Part shown: one piece after another, positions 13,401 through 25,443 of the stretch
How the letters are laid out: the number at the start of each line of letters is the position of its first letter
Position numbering within the stretch: the stretch's first letter is position 1
From: Gnetum montanum
Lineage: Eukaryota > Plantae > Gnetophyta
NCBI GenBank assembly: GCA_015680685.1
Contig: MNCI01001451.1
Span: forward strand, 180,864-244,863
DNA length: 64,000 nt
Reading direction: 5' to 3'
Program-made: the position numbers and the translations under genes
The notes under the pieces: generated by a model
What the model was told of the DNA's origin: nothing
The model's database searches: none
What the model saw: the letters and a program-made list of their open reading frames with translations, nothing else

Positions 13401-16260
13401 CGCCAACTTCCAAGTACTAACACCAAAAATATCAATTTGGGGAAGTTGGAAATCCCTGATGAGTTTAAGCAATAGCCCCTCCAATTAAAAATGTTGCCCA
13501 CCAGTATGGAGTATACATTTCTCAAGAATGGAAAACCAGTAATCATTAATGCTAAGCTCACTCCTCAACAAAAAGAAATATTGTAGAAGATGATAAAAAA
13601 TGATTGAAATCCTTCGCTTGGTCATATCTCAAATTAACCAAAATAGATCCTAGGATATGCTAGCATAGAATTTACATTGATCCCTCTATGAAGCCTCGAT
13701 GACAACCACAAAGACAACTAAAACCAAAGCTTAAGTAAGTAGTTAAAGAAGAAATTGAATAACTTCAAAAGGCCAGGTTCATCTACCCCATTGCTGATAG
13801 TGAATGGGTTAGTCCATTGGTCATTGTGCCTAAAAAGGATGGTAAATGGAGGGTGTGCATAGACTTTAGGCTATTAAACATGGCAACATTTAAGGACCAT
13901 TTCCCATTACCATTCGTTGACTAAGTTTTAGATACCACTGCAAGGCATTATTATTATAGTTTTTTGGATGGTTACAATGGGTACAATCAAATTTAAATAG
14001 CACTAGAAGACCAAGCCAAAACTACATTCACGAGTCCTTGGGGGACATTTGCATATAGGCAGATGTTTTTTGGCTTGTGCAATGCTCCAATAACATTCCA
14101 ATGTTTGGTTCTTGGTATATTTCAATAGCAAATAGGGAATGGTGTGGAGGTTTTTATGAACAATTTCTCCACCTACAAAGTGGACTACGAACAAGCATTG
14201 GACCAATTAGAGCAAGTACTAAAACGATGTGTTGAAATCAATCTAAGGCTCAATTAGTAGAAAAGCCACTTAATGGTCTAAGAGGGCATTGTATTAGGGC
14301 ATAAAATTTCACAAACAGGGATAGAGGTAGATCCTGAAAAAATTAAAGTCATCCAAGGAATTACTTGTCAACTTGAAACTGTAAAAGATATTTGATCATT
14401 CCTTGGACATACTAGCTATTATAGATGCTTCATTGAGAACTTTTCAAATATTGAAAAACCATTGGTAGAATTAATGAAGAAGGACGTACCCTTTGAATGG
14501 ACCAAGGAATGTGAGTTAGCTTTCCAAACCTTGAAGCAGAAGCTCATAGAAACACCCATTCTACAAGCTCCTGACTAGTCCAAACCATTCCATATAATGA
14601 CTGACACGTCCAACTTTGTTTTAGGAGCTATACTTACATAGTTAGATAACCAAAAATTTCCCTATTATCCACTGTGCAAGTTGAAGTATTGCTTATGCAC
14701 AACTCAACTACACCACAACAAAAAAAAAAGAATTAATGACCATGGTGTTTGCACGAGAGAAATTTAGGCACTATGTATTAGGCTATAAGGTATTTGTACA
14801 CATAGATCATAATGCAATTTGGTTCCTTATGAATAAACCAATGATGAGCCCTCACATCATACGATAGATCGTGATATTGCAAGAGTTCGATCTTATGATG
14901 GTGGATCGTAAAGGCACTGAGAATGTTATTGTCGATCATTTATCTTAGTTGCGATGGGACAACAAAGAGGATGAATACCTAATTTTTGATCACTTCCTTG
15001 ATAAAATCCTCTTTGCAGGTGTAATAAATAATCAATCACCCACTGATACAAATTGGTATAGTAGCATTCTTACTTATCTTCTTACACAAGAAACACCACA
15101 AGGGCTGGACGTTACAAAGAAACAGTAGTTTCTCTACCAAGTCAAACATTTCATGGAAATCAATGGACACCTTTACAAGGTGTTTTTCGATGGCTTGGTC
15201 TGATGGTATGTTCCAAACATAAATCAATTACAAGTTTTGTAAGATGCTCATGAGGGCCCTTGTGGGGGTCATTATGCTGGGAGACAAACAACCATTAAAA
15301 TATTGCTTGTAGGATATTATTGGCCTACATTATTTTGGGATGTCCATCACTTTGTCCAATCTTGTGAGTGCTACCAACGTGATGGGATAATGATTGCTAG
15401 AATGGAGGATCCACAACAATGGATTCAGTCCTTAGAACCCTTTGATATATGGCGTGTTGATTTTATGGGGCCTATTAGACTGATATCCAAGGAAAAAGCA
15501 TACATTGTTGTTGCTATTTACTATTTCACAAAATGGGTAGAAGTAGCTACTATTACTAACTATACATCATCTATTGCTGCACAATTTTTTCAACAAATCG
15601 TAAATAGGTTCAGCGTGCCTCGTGCACTTATTTCTAATAATGGTACACATTTTATAGGTGTGATCTTTTAGAAATTGATGCAATGCTTAGGAGTTGAGAA
15701 TAAAATGACTACACCATATCATCCTCAAGTGAATGGTCAAGCCAAAGTTACCAATAGGGAAACCACAAAAATTATGACATGAACCATTAGCAAATATAGG
15801 TGAGACTGGAGCACCAAACTAAATGATGCTCTTTGGGCCTACCGCTCCACATGGGAACTCCCTATAGGCTATTCTCCCTATGAGTTAGTGTACAGTAAAC
15901 TTTCAATACTACCTTTCCAAGCTGAGCGTTGTACACTATCTATAACACAAAAAGAATGATTAATGAATCTTAACCTACTAGATGAAAACTGATTAGCCAC
16001 CCTATCACCCAACGAACTGCACAAGGCCTTTAACAAACAACGTCATGACCTCAAAATTAGAAAATTCAAATACCAACCAGGAGATAAGGTTCTCTATTAG
16101 AATCCCACACATGTGCCACAATGAACTAAATTTCAAACGTTGTGGAAAGGACCTTATATCATTCATGAAACTTTTCCTTTAGGGGCCATGATGATCTATA
16201 AACTTGGAAGCCCGAATAAGAAATTATTGGTTAACATCTAGCAAATCAAACCTTTCCATG
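10430..16260 (+). pseudogene. Degenerate gag-pol polyprotein
   Basis: Gag DPQNHLQTF..KLKLFP..W...L (11150-11370); CCHC knuckle ~11990; PR LLDLGSSVN (~12810); RT IYPIADSEWVSPLVIVPKKDGKWRVCIDFR..KDHFPLPF..FLDGYNGYNQI (13780-14000); RH (14560-14950); IN HEGPCGGHYAG, VDFMGP, FTKWVE, TPYHPQVNGQ (15250-15750). Many stops. Confidence 0.9.
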
Positions 16261-18264
16261 AGCCCAAAATTACCAACATTAACACTACCTCTGCCAAGGG
16301 ACAACCCTGCTCATTATTGCAGATCTCCTCTTTCCAACTCAGTCGTGGGGGCAATGGCCACCAACGCTAATTATTCCAAGTCCTCAGTTTCTTTTTTCTT
16401 TTTTGTTTGACACATTTTTCATATTTACTTGTTTTTGTTTTGCACCATCATTAACATTTTTACTATTTCTTTCTCTATTACATTTTGTATGATTTATTCT
16501 CATTTGTCACATAATAAGTGCTCACGATGATGGATTGTACTATAATGGTGTTGATTGCTAATGTTGGGTTTTTACCTTTGAGTTCTAATGTTGATACTAA
16601 GATATGGTTTCTTTTGATAAAATAGACAATGAGTCCACGTCATCCATTCATTCGTTCAACTCTATGGTCTTCCTTTATTTTAGAAATGTATTGTCCCTTT
16701 TTCTACGCAAACCTCTTAATGAATATGTGGCTTAGTATTCTTCAAACCAAAGAAAGATTCAAATGGATTGAAAAGGATGTGACTTCAAGGAGATTCGATG
16801 CATTTGTGCTGGCCATTCTCTTGGGTACTTGGATTTTTTTCATAGGTTTTCTGCTATTCCACTGATGACTAATACCAAGAGGTTGAATAAATCAAATAAG
16901 TCTTTGCATGGTGTGGTTCCCACTCAAAAAAAAAACTGGTGAGAATTCAAAACACACCCCTTAGACACAATAAGGGAACATGGGCTATAAACATTGGTTA
17001 TGGCACTAGAAAGACATGTTACCCATGCCTAAAGGTTCCCTCTAACTAAAGCCCTTCCTCACTTACTACTCCTCTATTCTTCTCTTTTTGGAATGGTGGT
17101 TGCTCTGTGGCAGCATTCTCATTACTTCCAGAGGATGGGTTGGTTAAGTGTGTTGATGTGAATTCACTAGATGTGGTTAGTTTTAATCTGGATTTGGCTG
17201 AATTTTATTAAGTTACCTTAACCCATAATACACAAGGGACCTTACACAACCTTGATTTTGGGATTCCATTCCATTCTCTCTTCTCTTTCAATATCGCTTT
17301 TCATATTCCACCTCATTGTTGATTTTATGATTAGTCTATATCTTGGTCAGCACATTGTTATTCTTTGGTAAATTCTTGTGGGTGAATTCTTAATGATTGT
17401 TTCCATATGTCATTCCTAGATCCTACAAACTCTTGGTTTTGTGGGTTTGTCAAGGCATAAATGGCATGAGCCTACTTTGGGAAGGACCCACTAGCATTCC
17501 TTTTTGATGCAATCGTTAAGTTATTTTCCCTTAAACATTTCTTGCAATCAACTATTTCTTGTTTCACCCCATCCATGACATCCATTTTTGTTTTTGTTTT
17601 ATTGGCTTCACTGTTGTTATTTCTATAATCCTTCTTATTCTTTCATTTTCCATTCTATTGCTACCAGAGGTTCACTCTTAGTCATGGGGGCCTATCATAA
17701 ATTTTTTTATTCCATTACTTATCTCACCCCTACACCCTAGGTAGTTATCAGTTACAAACCTCTAACCCAGTATCTGCCATACCCACAACCTAGCCAATGT
17801 GCTTCATATCGAGGCAAGGTATCAACTACATTATATCTTATCTATCTTTGCTGATTCATGATTGTGTTGTGTGTGTAGATGGCAATTACATGAACAATGT
17901 ACTGGGATAGGAGAGAACACTTAGGATGGACTGCAGTAAGAGCATTTATGAAAGGAACAAGCTTGGTCATATGGCCATGGATGAACAACAGTGTACACAT
18001 TTTTGACAATGGCAGCAATGCACCTTATTTTCTTTTCTCTCTCTCTCTTCAAGCTGTTAAATGAGGGTTTTGATGTCATCTATGTACAATGTTCACCATA
18101 ATGGTTATGAATACCAATGCTATAATACATTTTTCAATCTATTCACTGGGCACTTTGAGTCTATCATTCCATGTTCCCGTCAATGTTGTTCAATCAATAA
18201 TTCCATACCTTCCCAATATTTTGTAAGGAACTCAAGGACAAGTTTTCATTTAGTCATTGGGGTA

Positions 18265-19110
18265 TGTTGAGTCCCGATATTGGACCCCTAATATCGGACC
18301 CCTAATATTGGATACCCGATATCAAGGTTGGCCAAGAAACATTAGATATGAAATGTCAGAACCTATCTTGTTGGCTATAAATAAGAGGCAAGTGCACTAA
18401 GTCTAGGGTAGTTTTTCTTAGTTCCTTAGCTGAAATATTGTAGTTTTTCCTTTCTAGAGTTAGAATTATTTCTGAGTGCCTGCAGTAGGATTCATAAAGT
18501 GAATAGATCTTTATTTGAGCATTGTGTACCTAAGCACACCTTGTGTCCAGAAATAAATATGAACTTTGTGATAAACCTTGCAACATTCAGAATAGCTTAC
18601 TTATTCCGTTTAATGTTATTTATAGTTATTTGATGCTTTCATTAGTTAATCAATGTTGTTTTCAAGAATTATTAATTCTCAACAAATTAGCACACTCAGT
18701 ATGACCACTTCGACCATATGTGGAACAATTGGTAACCCAGTAACGACTAGTATTTGGTAATCCCAGTAGTGTTACACCGGTTCAAGATGTGTCTGGAGAG
18801 TAGGAACGGATGCTGGTGTTAGGACTAATTAGAGAAAATTTAATTAGTTAAATAAAATTAGTTATTAAATTATTTCATTTCTCTATTTTAAGCACCAAGA
18901 AAATAAAACAAAAAATAATAAAAATCACATACTTCAAGTTTACTTAACTATACAATTATTCCTTACAAGTAAGCTTGGGAAGATAATGATTACATAACTC
19001 ATCCTTGTTCCTTGTAGGCTCATAAGCACTTAATCCTTAAAGTTCAACTGGATCATGTGTGAACGCTCGTATTTGTATGGTTGGGCATAGGGGTACCTCA
19101 CTGCTCATCA
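18265..19110 (+). repeat. 3' LTR (~846 bp) of the Athila-like element
   Basis: TG...CA termini, PPT immediately upstream, TATA-like ctataaataag at ~18375, homologous to 1-405. Confidence 0.85.
18272..18323 (+). repeat. Four tandem ~14-15 bp units with a CCGATATCGG palindromic core at the LTR start
   Basis: cccgatattggac / ccctaatatcggac / ccctaatattggat / acccgatatc. Confidence 0.75.
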
Positions 19111-19580
19111 ATGAACATAGATAATATTAAATATTAGCATGAAAAATTAAAGTGGGTGATATGGAAAGATCATATATAGTATAAATAATCCATTAAAATA
19201 TCCCCTTATAAATTAGTTTATGGTTATAACTCATATTGTCCATTAATTTATAGATATCTACTTTTAAATTCTTCTTAAATTATATAAGTTTTAGTGAAAG
19301 TCTTATTGCTAGATCTTATTATCTATAGAATGTTGAACTTAAATGTTTGAAAGTAGTGGAAAATATATTAAATTATCAAGAGATCATTAAAAGGTAGATT
19401 GATAAAAAAATTGGTCCTAAATCGTTCCAAGGAGATGGTATAGTCTTAAAAATAGATAGAGATTTTGGCTAGAAAGTTCATCAAAAAAAATTTTCATTGA
19501 TGTAATTTGGACTTTATTAAGTTATATATGTTATAGTCCCTAATCTTTATAATGTAGTTGAGCTTTAAGGAAATAATTTT
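19111..19580 (+). mobile_element. Ancient Gypsy integrase C-terminal fragment, likely the insertion target of the Athila-like element
   Basis: EKLKWVIWKDHI..SPYKLVYG (cf. ALWADRIT..SPFELVYG) and YQEIIKR*IDKKIGPKSFQGDGIVLK (cf. YQ..KR.FDKKV.PR.FQ.GDLVLK). Confidence 0.6.
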
Positions 19581-20929
19581 ACTATAAATTTCAATGCATT
19601 CCATGTAAAACAGTTCTATACTAGTGTTGAATAGATACCTAGTAGATTAATAATATAATAATTTAGATACGAGGCTTACATTTCCTTTAGTTTTAGCTAG
19701 CATTTTATTTCATTAGTATACTCTTATGCATTTCGTATAGTCCTAGGATTATTTTCATATAATCATATCTTAGAAAAGAACTTCAAGAATATCTATATTT
19801 AATGTTCAATTTCTATTGAGCATATTGGATAGATTTTTGGGATACTTATTGCTTTCTCATCCATTTTTGATAAAATTAATTATGAAATCTTCATAATTTA
19901 GCCATGAAAGGATATGATCTAAAATTTCTTTTCTCCATTTCTCTATGTAATATCTAATATGATTTCTTTTGAGGTTGAGTCGATGCCACTAGGAAGTATC
20001 TTGGTCTATTTTACTAGCTATATAGAGTTCTTAGGACATTGAGTTAGAGCCCCTTGGGTTTATACCTAGGATGTGTATAGTTTCATGCTCTATATTCAAT
20101 AAAAAAAAGTAAAAAAGCATATAATATAAATAAAATATACATTAAGAATAAGATTATTGCATTGGTATATGTCACATATAGATATAATAATCTTAATATT
20201 ATTCTTATTATTATGTTATATATATCATTACTCTTAGAATTAAATATATATGTTTAATGGTGAGCACATTTAAGTTTTAGTAAACTTATTATTTAGTTGA
20301 TCATTTTCTCTAGTTAGGGCTTGATGTTTTACTTAACATCACTCATGAATAAGACCTTTGACTTTGTCTTAACTCTAGAATTTTATTTAGTTTAGATTGT
20401 AATTTCTATGGAACTCATGATCTAATGAAACTTTGATTTAATAGATTATATGATCATCCTAAATAGGTTAACAACTCACATTTAATTAATATATTCAACT
20501 TAGTGGGACAAGCACTCAAGTATGTCAATTATAATAAAATCAAGGAGATTGAGAGCTATAATTGTCTTTCAATTCTTACTTTTATCACATCAACCTTTTT
20601 AACATTACATAATTAATTTTAAAAAAGAGAGAAAAATTATCCCTAATCTTTACCATCCCTAAGCATCTAAGCATCTTGTGTAAGCATTAACACTAGAAAA
20701 TCTTTGATTCATGTTAACAGCTGCATCTAGTATGTTATGATTATTACATTATTTTTTAATTTCATATGAATCTTTGCTTTTTTTTCATATGAATGTTGAA
20801 ATATCATTGTGTTTAATTTTTTCAAGATTCTTCTTTTGATGCATCTTTAGTCCATCTTCAATTTAGCTTATGATCTGCATATAACAAAAATTACATAAAA
20901 TCTATTATAAAAATGAAGAAAGATTCAAT

Positions 20930-21200
20930 TTATTAAATAACTCACTAGTTTACTACATTATGATAACAATGCCTTCTTTAGTAGAGCTAAAAATATTTCT
21001 AGCCATTATATCTTTTTTTTTTATTTTTACTCCGATGACTTCCACCACACTCTTCTCATCTTTGCATACTTCACATATTTCTGACCATTTCCAATAGTAG
21101 AGGAATTCTTTCACAAATCCTAATCATGTACTACACATCTTCTAAACCTATCACTATAGCCTAATTTTCCAATTAAATTTGTAGAAGAGTCATTTTTTAT
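20930..21200 (-). pseudogene. Possible RLK kinase N-lobe remnant
   Basis: Frameshifted pieces TIGNG..., EVIGVK and (C)YHNVV.LVSY resemble subdomains I-IV (IG.GG.G.VY, VAVKK, IRHRNIVKLLGY). Very degraded. Confidence 0.35.
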
Positions 21201-21589
21201 ACATTATTTTGAGAGGGTTTGTAATTACAAGTATCTCAAGTTTCTTCCTACTAAGGTTGCTTCTTCATTATGAATCTCAAAATAAAATTTTTTACTTATG
21301 ACAACAAAGATCCCTTGGATCTACCATAATAGATTTAAAATTCCTTTTTATGATTTTTTTTAAAATTTATAACTCGATCTTGCTTAGTAGAATTGAACCT
21401 GTGAGCTAGGATTAATAGGCTAAGATCCTTACCAGTAGGAAGTTATAATTTAGGAAGATCTAATGATCATGATAATGCGTCAGTAGGAATTGGTTGCTAT
21501 AACATATAACTTTAGTCAACATAACTTGATAAATGATGAATTTTTTACACATGTTTAACATTGAACCTTGTGTAGTGAAGATAGTATAA

Positions 21590-22035
21590 CAATCAAGATT
21601 AGATACAAAAAATATAGTAAGGATAATCAATGGTCATCATAATGGTAACATAAGAACACCAATTCTATAATTCATGATTAATGAAACTCTTCATTATTTC
21701 ACTAATTAGTACAAGATGGACATCTCATGCCACCAATCCTCAAAGCTAGAGTTTGTTTTATCAAAGATATTGCAAGTGTTCTTTCATACTTGCATCGTGA
21801 TTATTATCTATCTGTAATTCACTTTGATGTGGAACTTGGAAATATTCTCCTGGATGACAAAAAGACTACTTATTACTTTAATTTTGGAACTACAAAAATT
21901 CTAGAATCCTTAATAATGATCATGTTTATCAAACTCAACAACTCCATTGAATATACTCTTCATGAAAATAAAAAAATAGAGCCGTAAAGAAGAGATCTAT
22001 AAAGTTTTGGCATTATACTACTAGAAAGCTCTTTA
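21590..22035 (+). pseudogene. Receptor-like kinase (Pelle/IRAK, LRR-RLK type) kinase-domain pseudogene fragment
   Basis: R..FIKDIASVLSYLHRDYYLSVIHFDVELGNILLDD...FNFGTTKIL...SIEYTL.E, then SFGIILLE. Corresponds to DVASALEYLH..IHCDLKPSNILLD..DFG..GYIAPEY..SFGIVLLE with catalytic motifs broken. Confidence 0.75.
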
Positions 22036-22850
22036 TCTGAGATTGGATTTCCTTTAACCTATTTTTTTCATGTTATTATTGGCTGTCCATTTACAACTAC
22101 ATTGATACTCATTTATAAGTATTGTTTCTTATAATGATGTAAAAAAACTTTAGTATTCAAAAATTTTGAAATCTACATATGAAAAAAATGGGTAGAAAAA
22201 ATTTTAAAATAATAGAGGAAGAAAACTTATGAAAATAATTTGATAGTAGTAATATTAAAATAACCTATAAATGCCTCTAATTAACCTTAAAATTAATAAA
22301 AGTCTTTAAAAATTGATATTTGTAACAACGAGGCTTGAAGAAAAAATCTAGTACTTATAAATTCTAAAAAAGCAAAGAAAAATTCAGTCCTTAAAAAATT
22401 CCAAGATTCATAAGAATGAGGCTTGAGGAAAATTATGGAAATGGAAAAAAATTCATATAAAAAAATTGAACTCATAAGTTGAATAGTGAATTAGCTATGA
22501 CATTACCACCTTGCCCTTATATCAACATTTGCAAAATGATTTCTAAAATAGTGAAGCTAATTAAAAGAGATCTAACCCTATTTAATATTTCTTGTAGTGC
22601 TATATTTTTTAATAAAACTAAAATTTAGAGATGAAATGTTCAATAATTTGTAATTGAATTTTCATTACATTGGTAAATAGGAAAGAACACTAGTATTCTA
22701 TCCTTTTCAAGAGACCTGAAAAGTAAGAGATTTAACCTCCTAATGATGTAGGCGTTTCAGTTCAAGAATAAATGCTAATGATAGGAGTGTAATTTTGTCA
22801 TCATTTCCTTAACTCAAACTCATCATGAGAGAGGGGAAAAAATTCATTAG

Positions 22851-23346
22851 TGTAATGTCCTTGTTCCCAAATGGTCCTACCGCATAATCAAGATAGTGCA
22901 ACTTCATAATAAGAGATATCAATATCGTAACAAGACCTAAAAGGGGAGTTGTAATTTAGATCCAAAAGGGCATATTGTAATAAAGGACATGTTTCTCTAG
23001 GTGACCTTTGAGGGTTTAACCTAAGGTATTTCTACCTAGATAGTAGAGGTTGTATCAGCATGGAGTTGCAAAGTTGATAAAGGAAAGTAACAGTGTTGAG
23101 TGAAGTGGGATAAATGTCGAAGGAAGAAAACCCCAAGGAACACTCTTAGAGCATGATCTAGATTCACTATTCTACATCAACAAAGAATTCTTCTCCTTTT
23201 TCTTCTATATTTTCCCTATTATTTTCTTCATGCTTAATGTCAAATGTTACATATATTTGACATTTGCTATGTTATCGTCTTATGCATGATGTCTAATATA
23301 ACATATATTTGATGTTTGCCATGATATCTAAGAATAGGATGTCACA
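22851..23346 (+). mobile_element. LTR (~496 bp) followed by a tRNA-iMet-type PBS; 5' LTR of a truncated element
   Basis: TGTAATG...GTCACA termini, then tttggtatcaaag (cf. TGGTATCAGAGC) at 23347-23360. Homologous to 41624-42197. Confidence 0.8.
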
Positions 23347-24789
23347 TTTGGTATCAAAGTAAACCACAAGCCAAGGGCCATTCAGAACCATGGATTAACT
23401 ACAACTTGAACCTAATGATGAACCATGAATCCATGACCTAGGAAGAGTCATGGATCACCATTGGATGTGCCATATGTTTGAGATGATCTAGAAGATACAT
23501 TTCCATTTATTTTCATGAATAATGAATCAAAAATCTACAAGAGACATAGACCCTTCAACCAACATGATTCCTTCAAGGATTTCAAGAGATCTGATTATGC
23601 TTCAACAAGGTACATCAAGTACAAGAGCCATTGGTAAGATAAGGATACATTGGTTGAGGTAACTCTTACCCATCTTGTAGTTATGCTAGAATGTTAATTG
23701 ATTAAGGTCATTGTTAAATTCCTTCCAAAATGCTAGTAACTATGGCCTAACTTAATCTTACCATGTTTTAAACTTATTATCGCTAAATACCTATCCCCTA
23801 TAACTTGGTGTTACTTATTCTTAATTAACACTTATAAAGATACTGGTATGTTTAAGAAGGTAAATCTAGTAATAAAATTGGTTAATCCTCATCCAATTAA
23901 GAGGGGTTATTATCATGAGACCGATAGGAAAACTAGTACTCAATGGAAATTTTTAGATATCTTACTTCTTCTTAGTATCTAGGGCATAAACTTGATGCAA
24001 GAAGATAGGGTTACATCATACTTGCCAACTCATAGGGTAAAAGCATTATATCATTGTGTTTAGGGATTACTATCATTCATAATCATACAAATCATCTAGA
24101 AGTTATCATTTCATTTATACATCAACTTAGGAATGTTAATTTACCAAAATAAGCTATTTTGGTCTATTAAATTTATGAAAATCCAACTTAGTTTTCATAC
24201 CTTTAAATCATGTCTAATGCATAGTATTCATCAAGACAATTTCAATGGTACAAATTTATCTATGCATCATATTCATCAATATCTATGTCATCATTAAAAT
24301 TTAATAGATTTCAACCTTAGGAAAAAATTAAAATTAAATTAAATTTTTAATTTTGAATTCAAAAGAAATTTTAGAGCTTGGAGTTAAACCCATGACCTCC
24401 CAATCCTCAAACTTAAACACTTAAAGAGTAACTTGCTAATCACCAAGACAAATTACTTTGTTTAATAAAATAGGGGGACAATACTATATTTAAATAAAAT
24501 TTTATAATTAAAAAATATATAAAATAAAATAAATTTTTAAGGCCATGGGACCTAGAGATCATGTAGGTCATCAGTGCTTCCCATGCCATATAGAGAACCT
24601 TGCACACCAAGCAAAGTAGCAAGGCCATCATGCTATGCAATCACGTGATGGCTTTTACATTGTTGTCACCATCACATGATCTATCATGCTTTTCATTACC
24701 AAATCCATTGGACCTTGACCACCTTTGATATAGAAACTAAAATAAATAAATAAATAATATTTTTTAAAAAATTTCTCTAGGATGCATTG

Positions 24790-25310
24790 CCACCATTAAG
24801 GCTATCATGGAGGCAACAAAGATGACTATTACATTTATATGTCAATAATAGAGCCTACATAGCTAAGGTGTGAGCTATTCACTTACTTGTATCCTTCATT
24901 TCATCTAATGATTCCAAGATCTAAGAGAATACTATAACAACTTTATTGGATTTGTTCATTCATGAGAAGAACAAGTCAAGATTAATCTAACCAAACGTAC
25001 TGCAGTTGATCGTTGAGGTGGTGAAGGATGGGCTTACCATGAAGGCTAAGTAAAATGCTACAACAATGCTTTATACCCTCTCCTCCATTGATGAATATAG
25101 GCAGCTCATCAAAGATAGGCTAGGATCCATCACTACATTGGTGGATCTTTTCAGAAAGGAAATTGTGTTGGGAAAAGGGATGTAGCTAAAGCTCTATTCA
25201 ATCTCTTAGTTTTTTAATGCAAATAATGTAGTGGCTACTAGTTTACTTACCCTAATGGTTAGTGTTTTGGCAAGGGACAATCACAGTCTATGGGATGAGG
25301 CAACAACTAA
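24790..25310 (+). pseudogene. Plant U-box/ARM-repeat E3 ligase (PUB16/17-like) pseudogene fragment
   Basis: NNRAYIAKV*AIHLLVSFISSNDSKI*ENTITTLLDLFIHEKNKSRLI...VVKDGLTMKAK*NATTMLYTLSSIDEYRQLI...GKRDVAKALFNL aligns with PUB ARM repeats (NRACIAEAGAIP..QENAVTALLNLS..EARENAAATLFSLS..GKRDAATALFNL). Contains stops and an internal deletion. Confidence 0.85.
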
Positions 25311-25443
25311 GCACTCTCCCTCCTATTATTTCTCCGTCTTACTCACTTTTTGCACTCTCTGCTATTGCTCCACACTACCTATCACCACTCTATAGAGGGC
25401 CATGAGGCCCTATAGTGGCCTATGTAGCCCTGCTTGGGATTGT

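Larger units (their letters stand above)
10430..19110 (+). mobile_element. Athila-like (non-chromovirus) Ty3/Gypsy element with gag-PR-RT-RH-IN, 3' UTR, PPT and 3' LTR; 5' LTR missing
   Basis: All pol domains are present in order. A PPT-like aggacaagttttcatttagtcattgggg precedes TGTTGA at 18265, and the LTR ends CATCA at 19110. Confidence 0.9.

Noticed and set aside
16629-16865. Hydrophobic ORF as an Athila env
   Set aside because: 78 aa in T-rich 3' UTR; no env-like motif, and it is not seen as an ORF in the homologous 4150-4400 region.
21375-21440. tRNA/SINE B-box-like sequence (also ~24375-24420)
   Set aside because: Only a short degenerate B-box on the - strand; no cloverleaf, tail or TSD.
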